The position numbers and the translations under genes were made by a program. The notes beneath the pieces were generated by a model, which did no database searches, was not told the DNA's origin, and saw nothing but the letters and a program-made list of their open reading frames with translations. Of a stretch of DNA of 57,823 nt, positions 15,621-25,235 are shown in pieces (positions within the stretch are counted from its first letter, which is position 1; the number at the start of each line of letters is the position of its first letter). Source of the stretch: a virus (taxonomy: Duplodnaviria; Caudoviricetes); the IMG/VR virus record IMGVR_UViG_3300024520_000084, positions 1 to 57,823 of that record; one strand, 5' to 3'.

Positions 15621-16640
15621 ATGGCAACAGATCCACTTCAAAGCGGTCCTTTTGGTGTTGCCAATGGTGGGCCTGTTGCCGATCCGTTTGATTTTACAGG
15701 GATAACCACGACCCCGCAGACCACAGCGGAAAATGTTCAGGACCCTTTTAATTTTACAGGGATACCCTCAACCCCGTACGTTCCTCCAACTGTGCCAAAC
15801 ATTTATCCGGTTGCAGCTGATCCGACAGCGATTGAACAAGTAGATGTCTGGAAGCCGGGACGACCAGTGACGCAACCTGCTGATCCTGACAATCCTCCTG
15901 CTGATCCTCCTGCTGATCCTCCTGCTGATCCTCCTGTAGATACAAGTTGGTGGAAAGACCACCTTCCAGGTTTTACATTTGATCCCGCAACCGGCAAATT
16001 ATCTCTTGCTGAGGGTTATGACCAAGGCCACTTAGGTCATGCTTATATGGAGTATTACGACAAGACCAACCTCCCAAGGGGTGAACTTGGAGGGGGTAAC
16101 TATATAGATAGAGTCGAAGGACAAGATGAAAATGGGGATAGTTATTACACATATACGCTAAGACATGGAGCCCTTTACAACCCATGGGAACCGCGACCCC
16201 CGTACGTTCCTCCATCCGGCACCACGGGAACTACAGCGGCGACTACACCAGCGCCAACTACACCAGCGGAATGGATGAACAGTCTTCCTCAAGGTATGAG
16301 ATACTCCGGTGGGCGTCTTGAAATTGATCCTGCTTACTCTACTGGAGATCCTTCGGGTAGAAGATACGGTTGGAGCTACGACGATAATGCCGAAAGAGAC
16401 GTATTTAATTCACAAGACTATTTAGCCGCGCTTTGGTCGCGTATGTATGGGCGTCGTAGGGGTGATATTCCGGTTTTTGGCGGAGGCTATGGAATTTCAA
16501 GAGAAACAATGGAAGACGATCAATCCCAATGGGATGAATATTCTATTACAGGCCCCAACATGGCTGGTGGCGGAATGATCCGTGGACCAAGCTACTTGAG
16601 CGGCGGAATAGGAAGTTTAGGTTCTACATATTTAAGGTAG
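15621..16640 (+). CDS. Acidic Pro-rich hypothetical protein with GG tags near both ends
   Basis: 339 aa; DPF.FTGI x2, PYVPP x2, PADP repeats. Confidence 0.7.
   Translation: MATDPLQSGPFGVANGGPVADPFDFTGITTTPQTTAENVQDPFNFTGIPSTPYVPPTVPNIYPVAADPTAIEQVDVWKPGRPVTQPADPDNPPADPPADPPADPPVDTSWWKDHLPGFTFDPATGKLSLAEGYDQGHLGHAYMEYYDKTNLPRGELGGGNYIDRVEGQDENGDSYYTYTLRHGALYNPWEPRPPYVPPSGTTGTTAATTPAPTTPAEWMNSLPQGMRYSGGRLEIDPAYSTGDPSGRRYGWSYDDNAERDVFNSQDYLAALWSRMYGRRRGDIPVFGGGYGISRETMEDDQSQWDEYSITGPNMAGGGMIRGPSYLSGGIGSLGSTYLR
15876..15935 (+). repeat. 12-nt coding repeats CCTGCTGATCCT (PADP)
   Basis: Read directly. Confidence 0.85.
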
Positions 16641-16644
16641 TGCT

Positions 16645-17289
16645 ATGCGAAAGCTACTTGTAAAGTACGCTGTTATTGCAGCGGTTCTTTTGCCCTCGTT
16701 TGCTTTGGCAACGGATACAGTAACGACAACTAACACTGCTAATACAGTCAGTAGCTCGTCAAACACGGTCAGCAGTTCCTCAAACACGGTGTCGAATACA
16801 ACAGCCAGTAACACAGTATCCAGTAATACAACTGGAAGTACGGTGATTGACAAGACCCCGTCTACAGCATCTGCGCCATCCGTTATTGTTAATAACTCTG
16901 ATGTTTGTGTGAGCGGAATGAGTTCTGCCGTTCAGACTTCTGTATTTGGTGCGGCGGTTGGTACTACTTTCAGGGACAAGAATTGTGAGCGGTTGAAGCT
17001 GGCTCGCAGTCTCTATGGCATGGGTTTAAAAGTCGCTGGTGTTTCCTTGCTTTGTCAGGACAAAAGAGTTTTTAATGCAATGATGGCCGCAGGGACTCCG
17101 TGCCCTTTTGAAGGAATGATAGGAACGCAGGCAAAACAAGCATGGTTAAAAAATCCCACGGCATCCCCGGAAGGCACAAAAATACGGGCTGATGCGATTG
17201 AGAAAGCGGCGAAAGAAGAATTAGAAAAGCAAGAAGCCGAAGAAAAGGCCGAAGAAGAAAGGCGAAAAGCTGAAGAAGGAGTGGACTAA
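16645..17289 (+). CDS. Exported protein, S/T/N-rich with Cys-containing core
   Basis: Signal peptide (ALA cleavage), NTVSSSS repeats, NCERLKLAR...LLCQD...GTPCP. Confidence 0.8.
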   Translation: MRKLLVKYAVIAAVLLPSFALATDTVTTTNTANTVSSSSNTVSSSSNTVSNTTASNTVSSNTTGSTVIDKTPSTASAPSVIVNNSDVCVSGMSSAVQTSVFGAAVGTTFRDKNCERLKLARSLYGMGLKVAGVSLLCQDKRVFNAMMAAGTPCPFEGMIGTQAKQAWLKNPTASPEGTKIRADAIEKAAKEELEKQEAEEKAEEERRKAEEGVD

Positions 17290-18719
17290 TGAAGATTATT
17301 TCCTCTGCACTCTTTGTTCTTTATTTCGCCTTACTTTGTATAGGAATTTTTGTTATGCACGGCATCGTCAAGGCGGAAGATTTGACGACTTCAAATCTAA
17401 CGTCAAGTATGGGCGATATGACTGCCTCCGGCGGAACTTCTGTAGGCACTGGGTACGGCTGTAGCCAAGGAAAATACTGCACCAGCGGTACTACAGAAGG
17501 TGGAGGCACTTATACATCGACCTTTGACGTGCCCCTAACTGAAGCAGAGTTGAATCAGGGTTTTACAATTAACAGTGGTGTGACTATCAACAGCCATTCT
17601 TCAAACAGCACACTACAGTCTTGTGCAAATGGCCTTTTGCAATCTGGAGATTGCCGAGATGTGTTTAAGCTTACGATTACGCTGAAGGATGACGGTACAA
17701 CGGTTGAGACTTTTGTGCACTCAGAAGAGTTAACCTGGAGTGGTTTAAAAGACTTCACATACGCAGATGCCGTTGGAACAAATAGTTATGGTGTTCTTAC
17801 AGGGATTTTTGAGCTGTATGGCATCGATGCCGGATATCCTACAGGTTACTACGGACCGCAGTTTTCTGATCCGAGCTTGACGATAGACTACCAGACAGCT
17901 TTGGTAACAGAAGACACGACCACCCTGATAACAGACGTTATACAAACAGCGACAGAAACGACGATAATGGATGCCGCGACGGGAGGAACGGGCGTCCCCC
18001 CAGTTTCTATAACTACAGTCGCAACTACTATTCCTGTTTTCCAGACATATACAAGTGCGGCTTCAACAACTCCAGTAGATACTCCATCTACTTCTGCTCC
18101 TGTAGTCACGGCCCCTGTAGATACAACTCCCCCAACAGAAACAACAATGAGTACTCCAGTTGTTGAAACTGCGGTGGCTGCTCCTACAATTGCTCCGGTG
18201 GCTCAACAAACTGAAACCCAGCAGGCAGAGGAGACTCAAGCGGAAGCACAGATAGAAACGGCCATGGCTCCTCAACCTGTAGCCGCTGAAACAACCGAAA
18301 CCGCCGTTGTAGAACCTTCTGAAACAACAGAACCAGCACCTGCCACCAAAACAGTTGCCAAAGCAAAACCTCAGAAAGCTAAAGCACAAAGAAAAACGGC
18401 TTCTAGTGCAACTGCTTCGGTAGCCCCCGTTGCGGTTCCTGTAACCCCAGCGGTTGCGGCCCAAGCTGTTGTGGATAATATTGCTCCTAGCCAAAAGTAT
18501 GGGAACAACGCTCAAACTATTACATTGGTCGCTATGGGTATGATTGCAAATAATAGAGGCTTGTTTAAAGCCTCTGCTCTTCCAGACACAGCTAAGTTTT
18601 TTAAAGACTCTTCTGTTCCTGACGGCCCTTCGATGGTTGATCGCATGACAAACTATCAAGTTTTCGGACAATCGAACGGGTTGCATAATGCACTTGTTGA
18701 AAGTCAATGGAGAAGATAG
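17289..18719 (+). CDS. Exported/membrane protein with mucin-like T/P/A/E stalk
   Basis: N-terminal hydrophobic helix, beta-rich Cys domain, long low-complexity stalk. Confidence 0.75.
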   Translation: MKIISSALFVLYFALLCIGIFVMHGIVKAEDLTTSNLTSSMGDMTASGGTSVGTGYGCSQGKYCTSGTTEGGGTYTSTFDVPLTEAELNQGFTINSGVTINSHSSNSTLQSCANGLLQSGDCRDVFKLTITLKDDGTTVETFVHSEELTWSGLKDFTYADAVGTNSYGVLTGIFELYGIDAGYPTGYYGPQFSDPSLTIDYQTALVTEDTTTLITDVIQTATETTIMDAATGGTGVPPVSITTVATTIPVFQTYTSAASTTPVDTPSTSAPVVTAPVDTTPPTETTMSTPVVETAVAAPTIAPVAQQTETQQAEETQAEAQIETAMAPQPVAAETTETAVVEPSETTEPAPATKTVAKAKPQKAKAQRKTASSATASVAPVAVPVTPAVAAQAVVDNIAPSQKYGNNAQTITLVAMGMIANNRGLFKASALPDTAKFFKDSSVPDGPSMVDRMTNYQVFGQSNGLHNALVESQWRR

Positions 18720-19016
18720 ATGGAATATTTAATCCAAACGCTCGGAGCCAAGCTTTGTTGCATCATAAGCTCCTCGGTGGGAGGCTCAGTGAACGTGCTC
18801 GTCAAGAAGCAGTTTGACTGGATGGGGCTGAAAGATGTCGGGATTGCAATTGTTGTCGGAATTATCGCGGCAGAATGGTTTATTCCGCCTATTATGAAGC
18901 ATTTTACACTTGATATGACTTGGGGTCCAGCTATGGCTTTTGTCATAGGGTATTGTGGTATTCGTTTGTTACCCATAATAGAAAATCGTTTAAAAAAGTT
19001 GATAAAAGATGACTGA
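18720..19016 (+). CDS. Holin-like membrane protein
   Basis: 2-3 hydrophobic segments, AFVIGYCG, basic C-terminus. Confidence 0.65.
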   Translation: MEYLIQTLGAKLCCIISSSVGGSVNVLVKKQFDWMGLKDVGIAIVVGIIAAEWFIPPIMKHFTLDMTWGPAMAFVIGYCGIRLLPIIENRLKKLIKDD

Positions 19017-19629
19017 GGTCGAAGTTGGCGGTGTAAAGTTCAAAGGCGGCAAGATGCTTGCTGTGGTCATGGGCCTATCGACGTTTGTAGGTGGTTTATA
19101 CGGCGCTTTTGAGGTTTACAAAGACTATATGGACATGAAAAAGCAGATTTCTTCCTATAGGGCCCCCGATATGAGCGGTTTTGATAAGAAACTAGCCCTT
19201 ATGCGTAAAACAATGGGCGTTGTGACCAAGGAAATGGCGTCCGTACGGACTAGAGTTCTCGAAGTGCAGGAAATTGTACGTGATACGCGACAAGACACGC
19301 GATCTGACGCGGCGTCTCTTGAGACGGCTATCTCTGCCGTAGATAAACGTTCCAGAACCCTTGATTCTGAGACGAGATCTGCTCTTCGGCAGGGGGAAAA
19401 GACGATACGCAGTATTGTGTCTAGCGCAAATGAAAGATTTGACGCCAAGGTTAACAGCGTCACAGCCTCAACCCGACAATCCGAAAAGAACATGCGCGAT
19501 ATTACAGAATCTGCAACCACAAGGTTTGATTCTAAGATCAACGGTATCGATGCCAAACTGAATGTGTTCGAAAAAAGGCAGGACAAGAAGCTGCGCGACG
19601 CCTTAAACAATCCACTTTTGAAGAGGTGA
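19009..19629 (+). CDS. Membrane-anchored coiled-coil protein
   Basis: N-terminal TM segment, long heptad region, terminal ALNNPL. Confidence 0.75.
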   Translation: MTEVEVGGVKFKGGKMLAVVMGLSTFVGGLYGAFEVYKDYMDMKKQISSYRAPDMSGFDKKLALMRKTMGVVTKEMASVRTRVLEVQEIVRDTRQDTRSDAASLETAISAVDKRSRTLDSETRSALRQGEKTIRSIVSSANERFDAKVNSVTASTRQSEKNMRDITESATTRFDSKINGIDAKLNVFEKRQDKKLRDALNNPLLKR

Positions 19630-19632
19630 CCC

Positions 19633-19794
19633 ATGACTTTCGAAGAAGCAAACGAGCATAAGAAATCTCTACTCTTGGAGGTTGAGATACTAAAGGATCA
19701 ATATCAGCCTACAGAGACCGGAACATTGCGTACGGCAGTCCATGTTCTGGAATGGCGGATCAATGAGATCGATGAGGCTTTTGCGGAGGGTTAG
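19633..19794 (+). CDS. Hypothetical protein, 53 aa (MTFEEANEHKK...TETGTLRTAVHVLEWRI)
   Basis: Manual translation; GAGGTG RBS; fills the intergenic gap. Confidence 0.65.
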   Translation: MTFEEANEHKKSLLLEVEILKDQYQPTETGTLRTAVHVLEWRINEIDEAFAEG

Positions 19795-19796
19795 AC

Positions 19797-20111
19797 ATGG
19801 CAAAACAAAAGAAACTGGAGAAAGACAGCGCGTTCGACGAACTTGACCTGGATGGCGACGGCATTGTCAGCGATGCAGAGTTGGCGGCGTCTGAAGCCTT
19901 GGCGAAACATGAGAAGGCTGATGCGCAAAGACAGATGGCGTGGGTGGCGATGGGATCAATGTTGTTCTTTACGCTTGCCGTGTTTCTGCCTATTTTTCCC
20001 GACGGTAGAATTAAGGCTCTATCGGATTTGTTCGGTCTGTTTTATATTGGCCAGGCTGGCGTTGTCGGAGCCTACATGGGCATGACGGCCTACATGTCTA
20101 AAGGTAAATGA
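19797..20111 (+). CDS. 2-TM holin-like protein with EF-hand loop
   Basis: DLDGDGIVSDAE canonical EF-hand followed by two TM segments. Confidence 0.72.
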   Translation: MAKQKKLEKDSAFDELDLDGDGIVSDAELAASEALAKHEKADAQRQMAWVAMGSMLFFTLAVFLPIFPDGRIKALSDLFGLFYIGQAGVVGAYMGMTAYMSKGK

Positions 20112-20150
20112 AGATAGCACTCTGTTTGAACTTTGACGGGAGATATAGCG

Positions 20151-20696
20151 GTGAAGTTATTAGCCATATTGTTTGCAACATTCGTCTTCAGTTCATCGGC
20201 GCAGGCTGGTGTGACGTTGTGTCAGGGTAAGTACGCGCTTTGCGCGGCTTCGACTTGTCAGCCGACGGGGAAGATGATTTCCACGAATGACGGCAAGACG
20301 TACCCGGAGGTTGTCTGCAAGTGCCCGATCCTAGACGGCGAAGCCATTGCGGACACCAGCATGGGAAACATGCAGGGGTCGTGTGCTCCGACGGATAGCG
20401 AGCATGTGTGGAGTTTGTTCGCCCCTAAAAAGTACTACCGGCAAGAGGCGAGTGGGTTCAGCAGGCTCCCCGAGAAGATGAAAGCCGTGGCACAGCGATG
20501 TGACGCAAGTTTGAATCAGGGGTATGAGGCGAGCAATTGCTTTAGTTTTAACTGTAAGGTTGGCCCTGACGGCATTGCGATCTGTCGTTGCCCCATGGGA
20601 CAAGTTCCCGCCGCCACAACATTCCTAACAGAAGCAGGGCAAGGTAACCCGGAAGCCTGCTATCAGCACCCTGTAAGTTTACCAGTCCAACAGTAG
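20151..20696 (+). CDS. Exported Cys-rich protein (12 Cys)
   Basis: GTG start with GGAG RBS, signal peptide ending AQA. Confidence 0.72.
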   Translation: MKLLAILFATFVFSSSAQAGVTLCQGKYALCAASTCQPTGKMISTNDGKTYPEVVCKCPILDGEAIADTSMGNMQGSCAPTDSEHVWSLFAPKKYYRQEASGFSRLPEKMKAVAQRCDASLNQGYEASNCFSFNCKVGPDGIAICRCPMGQVPAATTFLTEAGQGNPEACYQHPVSLPVQQ

Positions 20697-20709
20697 TCTG
20701 GAGAGATAG

Positions 20710-21099
20710 ATGCTCAAAATCTACCTTCTGGTTATCGTCCTTGGTCTTGTGGGCGGCTCTGTTTATGGTGGGTATTATTATTACCAGGATACGCAGAACA
20801 AGATCAAGATACTGACCGAAAACACTGTCAAACTAGAACAGGCAAAAGAAGCGCAAGACAAGACGATAAAAACGCTTGTTAGAGATGCTAAAAAGTTTAG
20901 GAAGCTGAACAAAGACCTTGGCGTTAAGTTACAGAAGGCAGAGAGTTACAGGAACAAACTGATTGGGAAGTTACGAAAACATAATCTTACTCGATTGAGT
21001 CAGCAGAAACCGAAATTGGTGGAAAAGAAGATAAACCGTGGTACGAAAAAATTATTGGATAGTTTTAAGCGCCTTACTGCTGTCCCCGCTTCTGAGTAG
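20710..21099 (+). CDS. Inner-membrane spanin (Rz-like)
   Basis: N-terminal TM segment plus coiled coil; overlaps a lipoprotein gene. Confidence 0.7.
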   Translation: MLKIYLLVIVLGLVGGSVYGGYYYYQDTQNKIKILTENTVKLEQAKEAQDKTIKTLVRDAKKFRKLNKDLGVKLQKAESYRNKLIGKLRKHNLTRLSQQKPKLVEKKINRGTKKLLDSFKRLTAVPASE

Positions 21100-21427
21100 T
21101 TGTAGCGGCTGGGACGCATTAAAGCGTATTGAAGTCAAGACAGTTGAGGTAGACCGCGTAATTCCTACGCAAAATCGACCTCGTCAGCTTGATCTAAACG
21201 ATATTACCTGGTTTGTTGTCACGGATCAAAACTTCGCTAAATTTAAGGAACGATACACAAAACAAAATGGCAGCTTCCTGTTTTATGCAATCAGTGTCAG
21301 AGATTATGAAACGTTGGCTCTTAATATGGCAGAAATAAAACGGTATGTTGAGCAGCAAAAGCAGATTATAATTTATTATGAAAAAGCACTGGCCCCAAGA
21401 CCAAAACCTGAGAAAACAAGGAATTAA
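21038..21427 (+). CDS. Outer-membrane spanin (Rz1-like lipoprotein)
   Basis: Lipobox LSSC; overlaps the i-spanin 3' end. Confidence 0.72.
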   Translation: MVRKNYWIVLSALLLSPLLSSCSGWDALKRIEVKTVEVDRVIPTQNRPRQLDLNDITWFVVTDQNFAKFKERYTKQNGSFLFYAISVRDYETLALNMAEIKRYVEQQKQIIIYYEKALAPRPKPEKTRN

Positions 21428-21429
21428 TT

Positions 21430-23886
21430 ATGGCTAGAGAACCAACTTCTCTTATTACGGATTCGATGCCTGCTTCAGGCGAGCCTCTTGAGGAGGGCCA
21501 AGACGTTACTATTGAGGATGACGGTGAAGATTTAGATTTCGGTGGTCTTTTGGGGGATATAATACCCCAAGAGGACGGATCAGTTCTTATGGGGCAGCTT
21601 GAAGAAATGGTTCGTCAGGATGTAGAAACCGACCCTGACGCAAACCTTGCCGAAGTCCTTGATGAACGTGTTCTTATGGATATCTCTTCCGACTTGTTGG
21701 GATATTATGAAGACGACAAAAGCAGTCGACAAGAATGGGAAGACGCTTACACGGAAGGTTTAAATCTTCTGGGGATCAGGTACGAAGAGAGAGAAGAACC
21801 TTTCAGAGGTTCGAGCGGTGTGACGCACCCGGTTATTGCGGAAGCTGTAACGCAGTTTCAAGCGCAGGCGTACAAGGAACTTCTTCCAAGCTCCGGCCCA
21901 GTAAGAACGCAGGTTGTGGGCGCGGCTACTCCAGAAGTTCAGTCACAAGCGCAACGTGTCCAGGAGTTTATGAACTACCAGATAGTACACAAAATGGATG
22001 AGTATGATCCTGAGATGGATCGTCTGCTCTTTTACTTACCGCTTGCTGGTAGTGCGTTTAAAAAAGTTTATTTTGACGACATGCTGGACAGGGCTGTTTC
22101 CAGATTTGTTCCGGCAGATGATCTTCTTGTTCCATACAACGCTACAGATTTGCAAAGCTCGTCACGGGTTACTCACGTAATCCGCATGAACTCGAATGAT
22201 ATACGGAAACAACAGGCAGGAGGCTTTTATCGAGACGTTGATCTAGAGCCTTATGATCAGCAAGACGAAATTCGTGAGAAAGAACGGCGTCTTATGGGTG
22301 TTGAGAAAACAACCGCTGATGAACAGGACTGTACAATATTAGAAGTTCACACAGATCTTGATTTGGTTGGTTTTGAGCACCTCAATCCAATTGATGGAGA
22401 ACAGACGGGAATTAAACTTCCGTATATTATTACCATTGATGAGGGAAGTTCAAAAATCTTATCAATTCGTCGTAACTGGGTTGAAGGTGATGATCTCTAT
22501 CGTAAGATAGAGTACTTTACTCATTTTAAGTTTTTGCCAGGTCTTGGCTTCTATGGTTTTGGCCTTCTTCATATGATTGGCGGCTTGGGTCGATCTGCAA
22601 CTTCTATCTTACGACAATTAATAGACGCCGGTACTCTTTCTAATTTACCAGCAGGGTTTAAAGCCCGTGGTATTAGAATCCGTGACTCTGACGAGCCGTT
22701 ATCTCCGGGAGAATTTAGGGACATTGATGTTCCCGGTGGGGCTCTTAGAGAAAGTATTATGCCGCTTCCTTACAAGGAGCCAAGTCAGACGTTGATGTCG
22801 CTTCTTGGTTTTGTAGTGGATGCAGGTCGTCGCTTTGCCGCGATTACAGACATGCAGGTTGGCGATGGCAACCAGCAAGCGGCTGTAGGAACAACTGTTG
22901 CTCTGTTAGAGCGCGGTTCCAAAGTGATGTCAGCCATCCACAAAAGACTGCATTATGCGCAGAAACAAGAGTTCAGGATGCTGGCTCGTGTGTTCGCTGA
23001 ATCACTTCCTCCGATGTACCCCTATAATGTTTATGGCGCAGAAGCGTCGATCAAGCAGATGGATTTTGACGAGCGTGTTGATATAATTCCAGTTTCTGAT
23101 CCTAATATCTTTTCTATGTCTCAGAGGTTGGCGTTAGCCCAGACACAGCTTCAGCTTGCACAAAGCAATCCTCAAATGCACAATTTATATGAGGCTTTTC
23201 GTAGAATATACGAAGCGATAGGCGTGCATAACATTGAGGCTTTGTTGCCTGCTCCCCAGCCGCCTCAACCAGTAGATCCGGCTACTGAAAATGCAGCTTC
23301 TGTAAATATGCAGCCGTTGAAGGCATTTCCCGGTCAAGATCACGACGCACATATGACGGCGCACATCATATTTATGAAAACACCCATACCAGGGTCAACT
23401 CCACCCATTTTTGCAGCTTTACAAGGGCATCTGTGCGAACATATAGCCCTAAAAGCCCGTGAAGAGGTCGAAAAAGAGATGATGGCGGTGCAACAACAGG
23501 TTATGGAGGTCCAAAACGCCATCCAAACAGGTCAAATAGCCCCTGAACAGGCTCCTCAGATGCCTGAAATGCCTGATCCAGAGGCCATGGTCGCTGAAAA
23601 GGTTGCACAATACACTGAAGAAGTGATGGCTGCGCTTATGCCACCGCCTGAAGGCGAGCAAGATCCGCTTGTCGAGCTTCGATCCAAGGAACTGGATATA
23701 AAAGCGGCAGATTTACAGAGAAAATCGCAGGAATTTTCCGAAAGAATCCTTTTTGACATGGCAAAAGAGGAATCCAAGGAAGAATTGGCCGCAGACAAGA
23801 TTGATTCTCAAGAAGACATTGCCTTGTTACGTGCAGAGGTCAATCGTGAGCGTATTCAACAAGGAACAGCTGGTAGAGGAGAATAG
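21430..23886 (+). CDS. Portal protein
   Basis: 818 aa; SRQEWE, HPVIAEA, GSAFKKVY, GFYGFGL motifs; position between terL and head genes. Confidence 0.92.
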   Translation: MAREPTSLITDSMPASGEPLEEGQDVTIEDDGEDLDFGGLLGDIIPQEDGSVLMGQLEEMVRQDVETDPDANLAEVLDERVLMDISSDLLGYYEDDKSSRQEWEDAYTEGLNLLGIRYEEREEPFRGSSGVTHPVIAEAVTQFQAQAYKELLPSSGPVRTQVVGAATPEVQSQAQRVQEFMNYQIVHKMDEYDPEMDRLLFYLPLAGSAFKKVYFDDMLDRAVSRFVPADDLLVPYNATDLQSSSRVTHVIRMNSNDIRKQQAGGFYRDVDLEPYDQQDEIREKERRLMGVEKTTADEQDCTILEVHTDLDLVGFEHLNPIDGEQTGIKLPYIITIDEGSSKILSIRRNWVEGDDLYRKIEYFTHFKFLPGLGFYGFGLLHMIGGLGRSATSILRQLIDAGTLSNLPAGFKARGIRIRDSDEPLSPGEFRDIDVPGGALRESIMPLPYKEPSQTLMSLLGFVVDAGRRFAAITDMQVGDGNQQAAVGTTVALLERGSKVMSAIHKRLHYAQKQEFRMLARVFAESLPPMYPYNVYGAEASIKQMDFDERVDIIPVSDPNIFSMSQRLALAQTQLQLAQSNPQMHNLYEAFRRIYEAIGVHNIEALLPAPQPPQPVDPATENAASVNMQPLKAFPGQDHDAHMTAHIIFMKTPIPGSTPPIFAALQGHLCEHIALKAREEVEKEMMAVQQQVMEVQNAIQTGQIAPEQAPQMPEMPDPEAMVAEKVAQYTEEVMAALMPPPEGEQDPLVELRSKELDIKAADLQRKSQEFSERILFDMAKEESKEELAADKIDSQEDIALLRAEVNRERIQQGTAGRGE

Positions 23887-23888
23887 TT

Positions 23889-24173
23889 ATGGGAAGTACA
23901 TTAGAAGCGCAAAAGAAAAAAGCCCCTAAACCTAAACGGGAGAAATTTACCCGTGATACTTGGAGTGATATGCCAGAAAACCCAACGCTTCCTAGAATTT
24001 ATGGCGGATCAAAAAATTATCGGGGTAAGGCGCGGCCTGAACATTTAATTTATAGAGCACCAAAAGATGGAAAGCCTCCTGTTGTAAAAGGACCTCGAAA
24101 AGTTGAATTGGTTGAAGAACCACTTTTAGAACTTAATGACGGCGGCATGGCCAGAAAAACCAGAGTGTTTTAA
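23889..24173 (+). CDS. Small basic protein with C-terminal LNDGGMA tag
   Basis: 94 aa, GAGGAG RBS. Confidence 0.6.
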   Translation: MGSTLEAQKKKAPKPKREKFTRDTWSDMPENPTLPRIYGGSKNYRGKARPEHLIYRAPKDGKPPVVKGPRKVELVEEPLLELNDGGMARKTRVF

Positions 24174-24358
24174 TGGCAATATCTCGCGCACAAACCCGTA
24201 AACAGTTAACGGGTCGAAGGAAACGTAAGGTTTCCAAGGTTATGAAGGAATATCGAGCGGGTAAGTTGCGTAGTGGTAGTAAGAAGGGTCCGAAGGTTAA
24301 AAATAAAAAACAGGCTATTGCGATAGCCTTGTCGGAAGCTAGAAAAAAGAAGGCGTAA
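24173..24358 (+). CDS. Small highly basic protein (DUF6496-like)
   Basis: KVMKEY..GKL.SG...KQAIAIALSEA. Confidence 0.78.
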   Translation: MAISRAQTRKQLTGRRKRKVSKVMKEYRAGKLRSGSKKGPKVKNKKQAIAIALSEARKKKA

Positions 24359-24374
24359 TGTTTCACGTGAAACA
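24359..24374. promoter_or_regulatory. parS: parS site (ParB-binding palindrome)
   Basis: TGTTTCACGTGAAACA, exact match to the bacterial chromosomal parS consensus; intergenic. Confidence 0.88.
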
Positions 24375-24391
24375 TTGTTGAGGAGTGTGCT

Positions 24392-24661
24392 ATGGTTAAA
24401 AAACGTATGGCTAATCAGATGTCTGATCAAATGGGCATCTCTACGGAAAGAGCAGGTGGTCTTATGAATAAAGCAAGTATGATGAACGACATGGCTGGTT
24501 ATAAAAAGGGCGGTTCAGTTATGGTTATAAGCATAGGGTCAATGAAACCCATGATGCGGAACAAGGAAGAGCATTCGGAGGACAGTTCTCTGATCAAGAG
24601 CACTGAGAACCAGGTTCGTGCTCGTCATTTTAACAATAACGACGGAAAGGGGACTTTCTGA
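24392..24661 (+). CDS. Small Met-rich protein with YKKGGSV tag
   Basis: 89 aa, GAGGAG RBS. Confidence 0.65.
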   Translation: MVKKRMANQMSDQMGISTERAGGLMNKASMMNDMAGYKKGGSVMVISIGSMKPMMRNKEEHSEDSSLIKSTENQVRARHFNNNDGKGTF

Positions 24662-25041
24662 TGCCTAAAACAAAAAGCGGTAAGCCTATTCCTTATAAGG
24701 AAGGTGGTGTAGGAGAGGTTGATGTAATGTTTGGCGAGAGCTATCCCGTTATAAAACAAAAGACAGAAGAGCCAACACGCGGAGAAATGATAGAAATTAT
24801 CTCTGACGTTTTAAAGGTTGGACCAAGCTCTCTTGCGGAGATGTCTACTGAAGATTTAAAAGTAGCCCATAAAAAAGCCATATCACAACAAGGAGAAGAG
24901 GTTGGGGGTAAAAATATGGGCGGGATGGTCCGTGATGAACTAGGTTACATGCAAGGCGGCATGGGCTACACTCCACGCGGTCCTATAAAGTACGCTAAAG
25001 GCGGAGCGGCTAGAGGAAAAAGATTTAGCGGTAGTTATTAA
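24661..25041 (+). CDS. Small protein with four GG tags
   Basis: YKEGGV, KNMGGMV, YMQGGM, YAKGGAA. Confidence 0.65.
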   Translation: MPKTKSGKPIPYKEGGVGEVDVMFGESYPVIKQKTEEPTRGEMIEIISDVLKVGPSSLAEMSTEDLKVAHKKAISQQGEEVGGKNMGGMVRDELGYMQGGMGYTPRGPIKYAKGGAARGKRFSGSY

Positions 25042-25235
25042 TGGCAGACCCAACGACCTTTGCATATTTGTTATTAAAGAGTATACAAGGACGCATAGAA
25101 TTAACACAGGATGCTATCCTGCACGGTTCCCCGAAAGATATGGAATCGTACAAACAGCTTGTTGGAGAACTCAACGGGCTAGAATTTTCTGAACAAGAGA
25201 TTAAGGATCTCTTGCAATCTTCGGAGGAAGAATGA
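25041..25235 (+). CDS. Conserved small phage protein upstream of GroES-like gene
   Basis: G..KDMESYKQLVGEL.GL. Confidence 0.72.
   Translation: MADPTTFAYLLLKSIQGRIELTQDAILHGSPKDMESYKQLVGELNGLEFSEQEIKDLLQSSEEE

Noticed and set aside
15454-15705. 83-aa ORF-track call
   Set aside because: The 56-aa holin-like frame 15440-15610 fits the gap better
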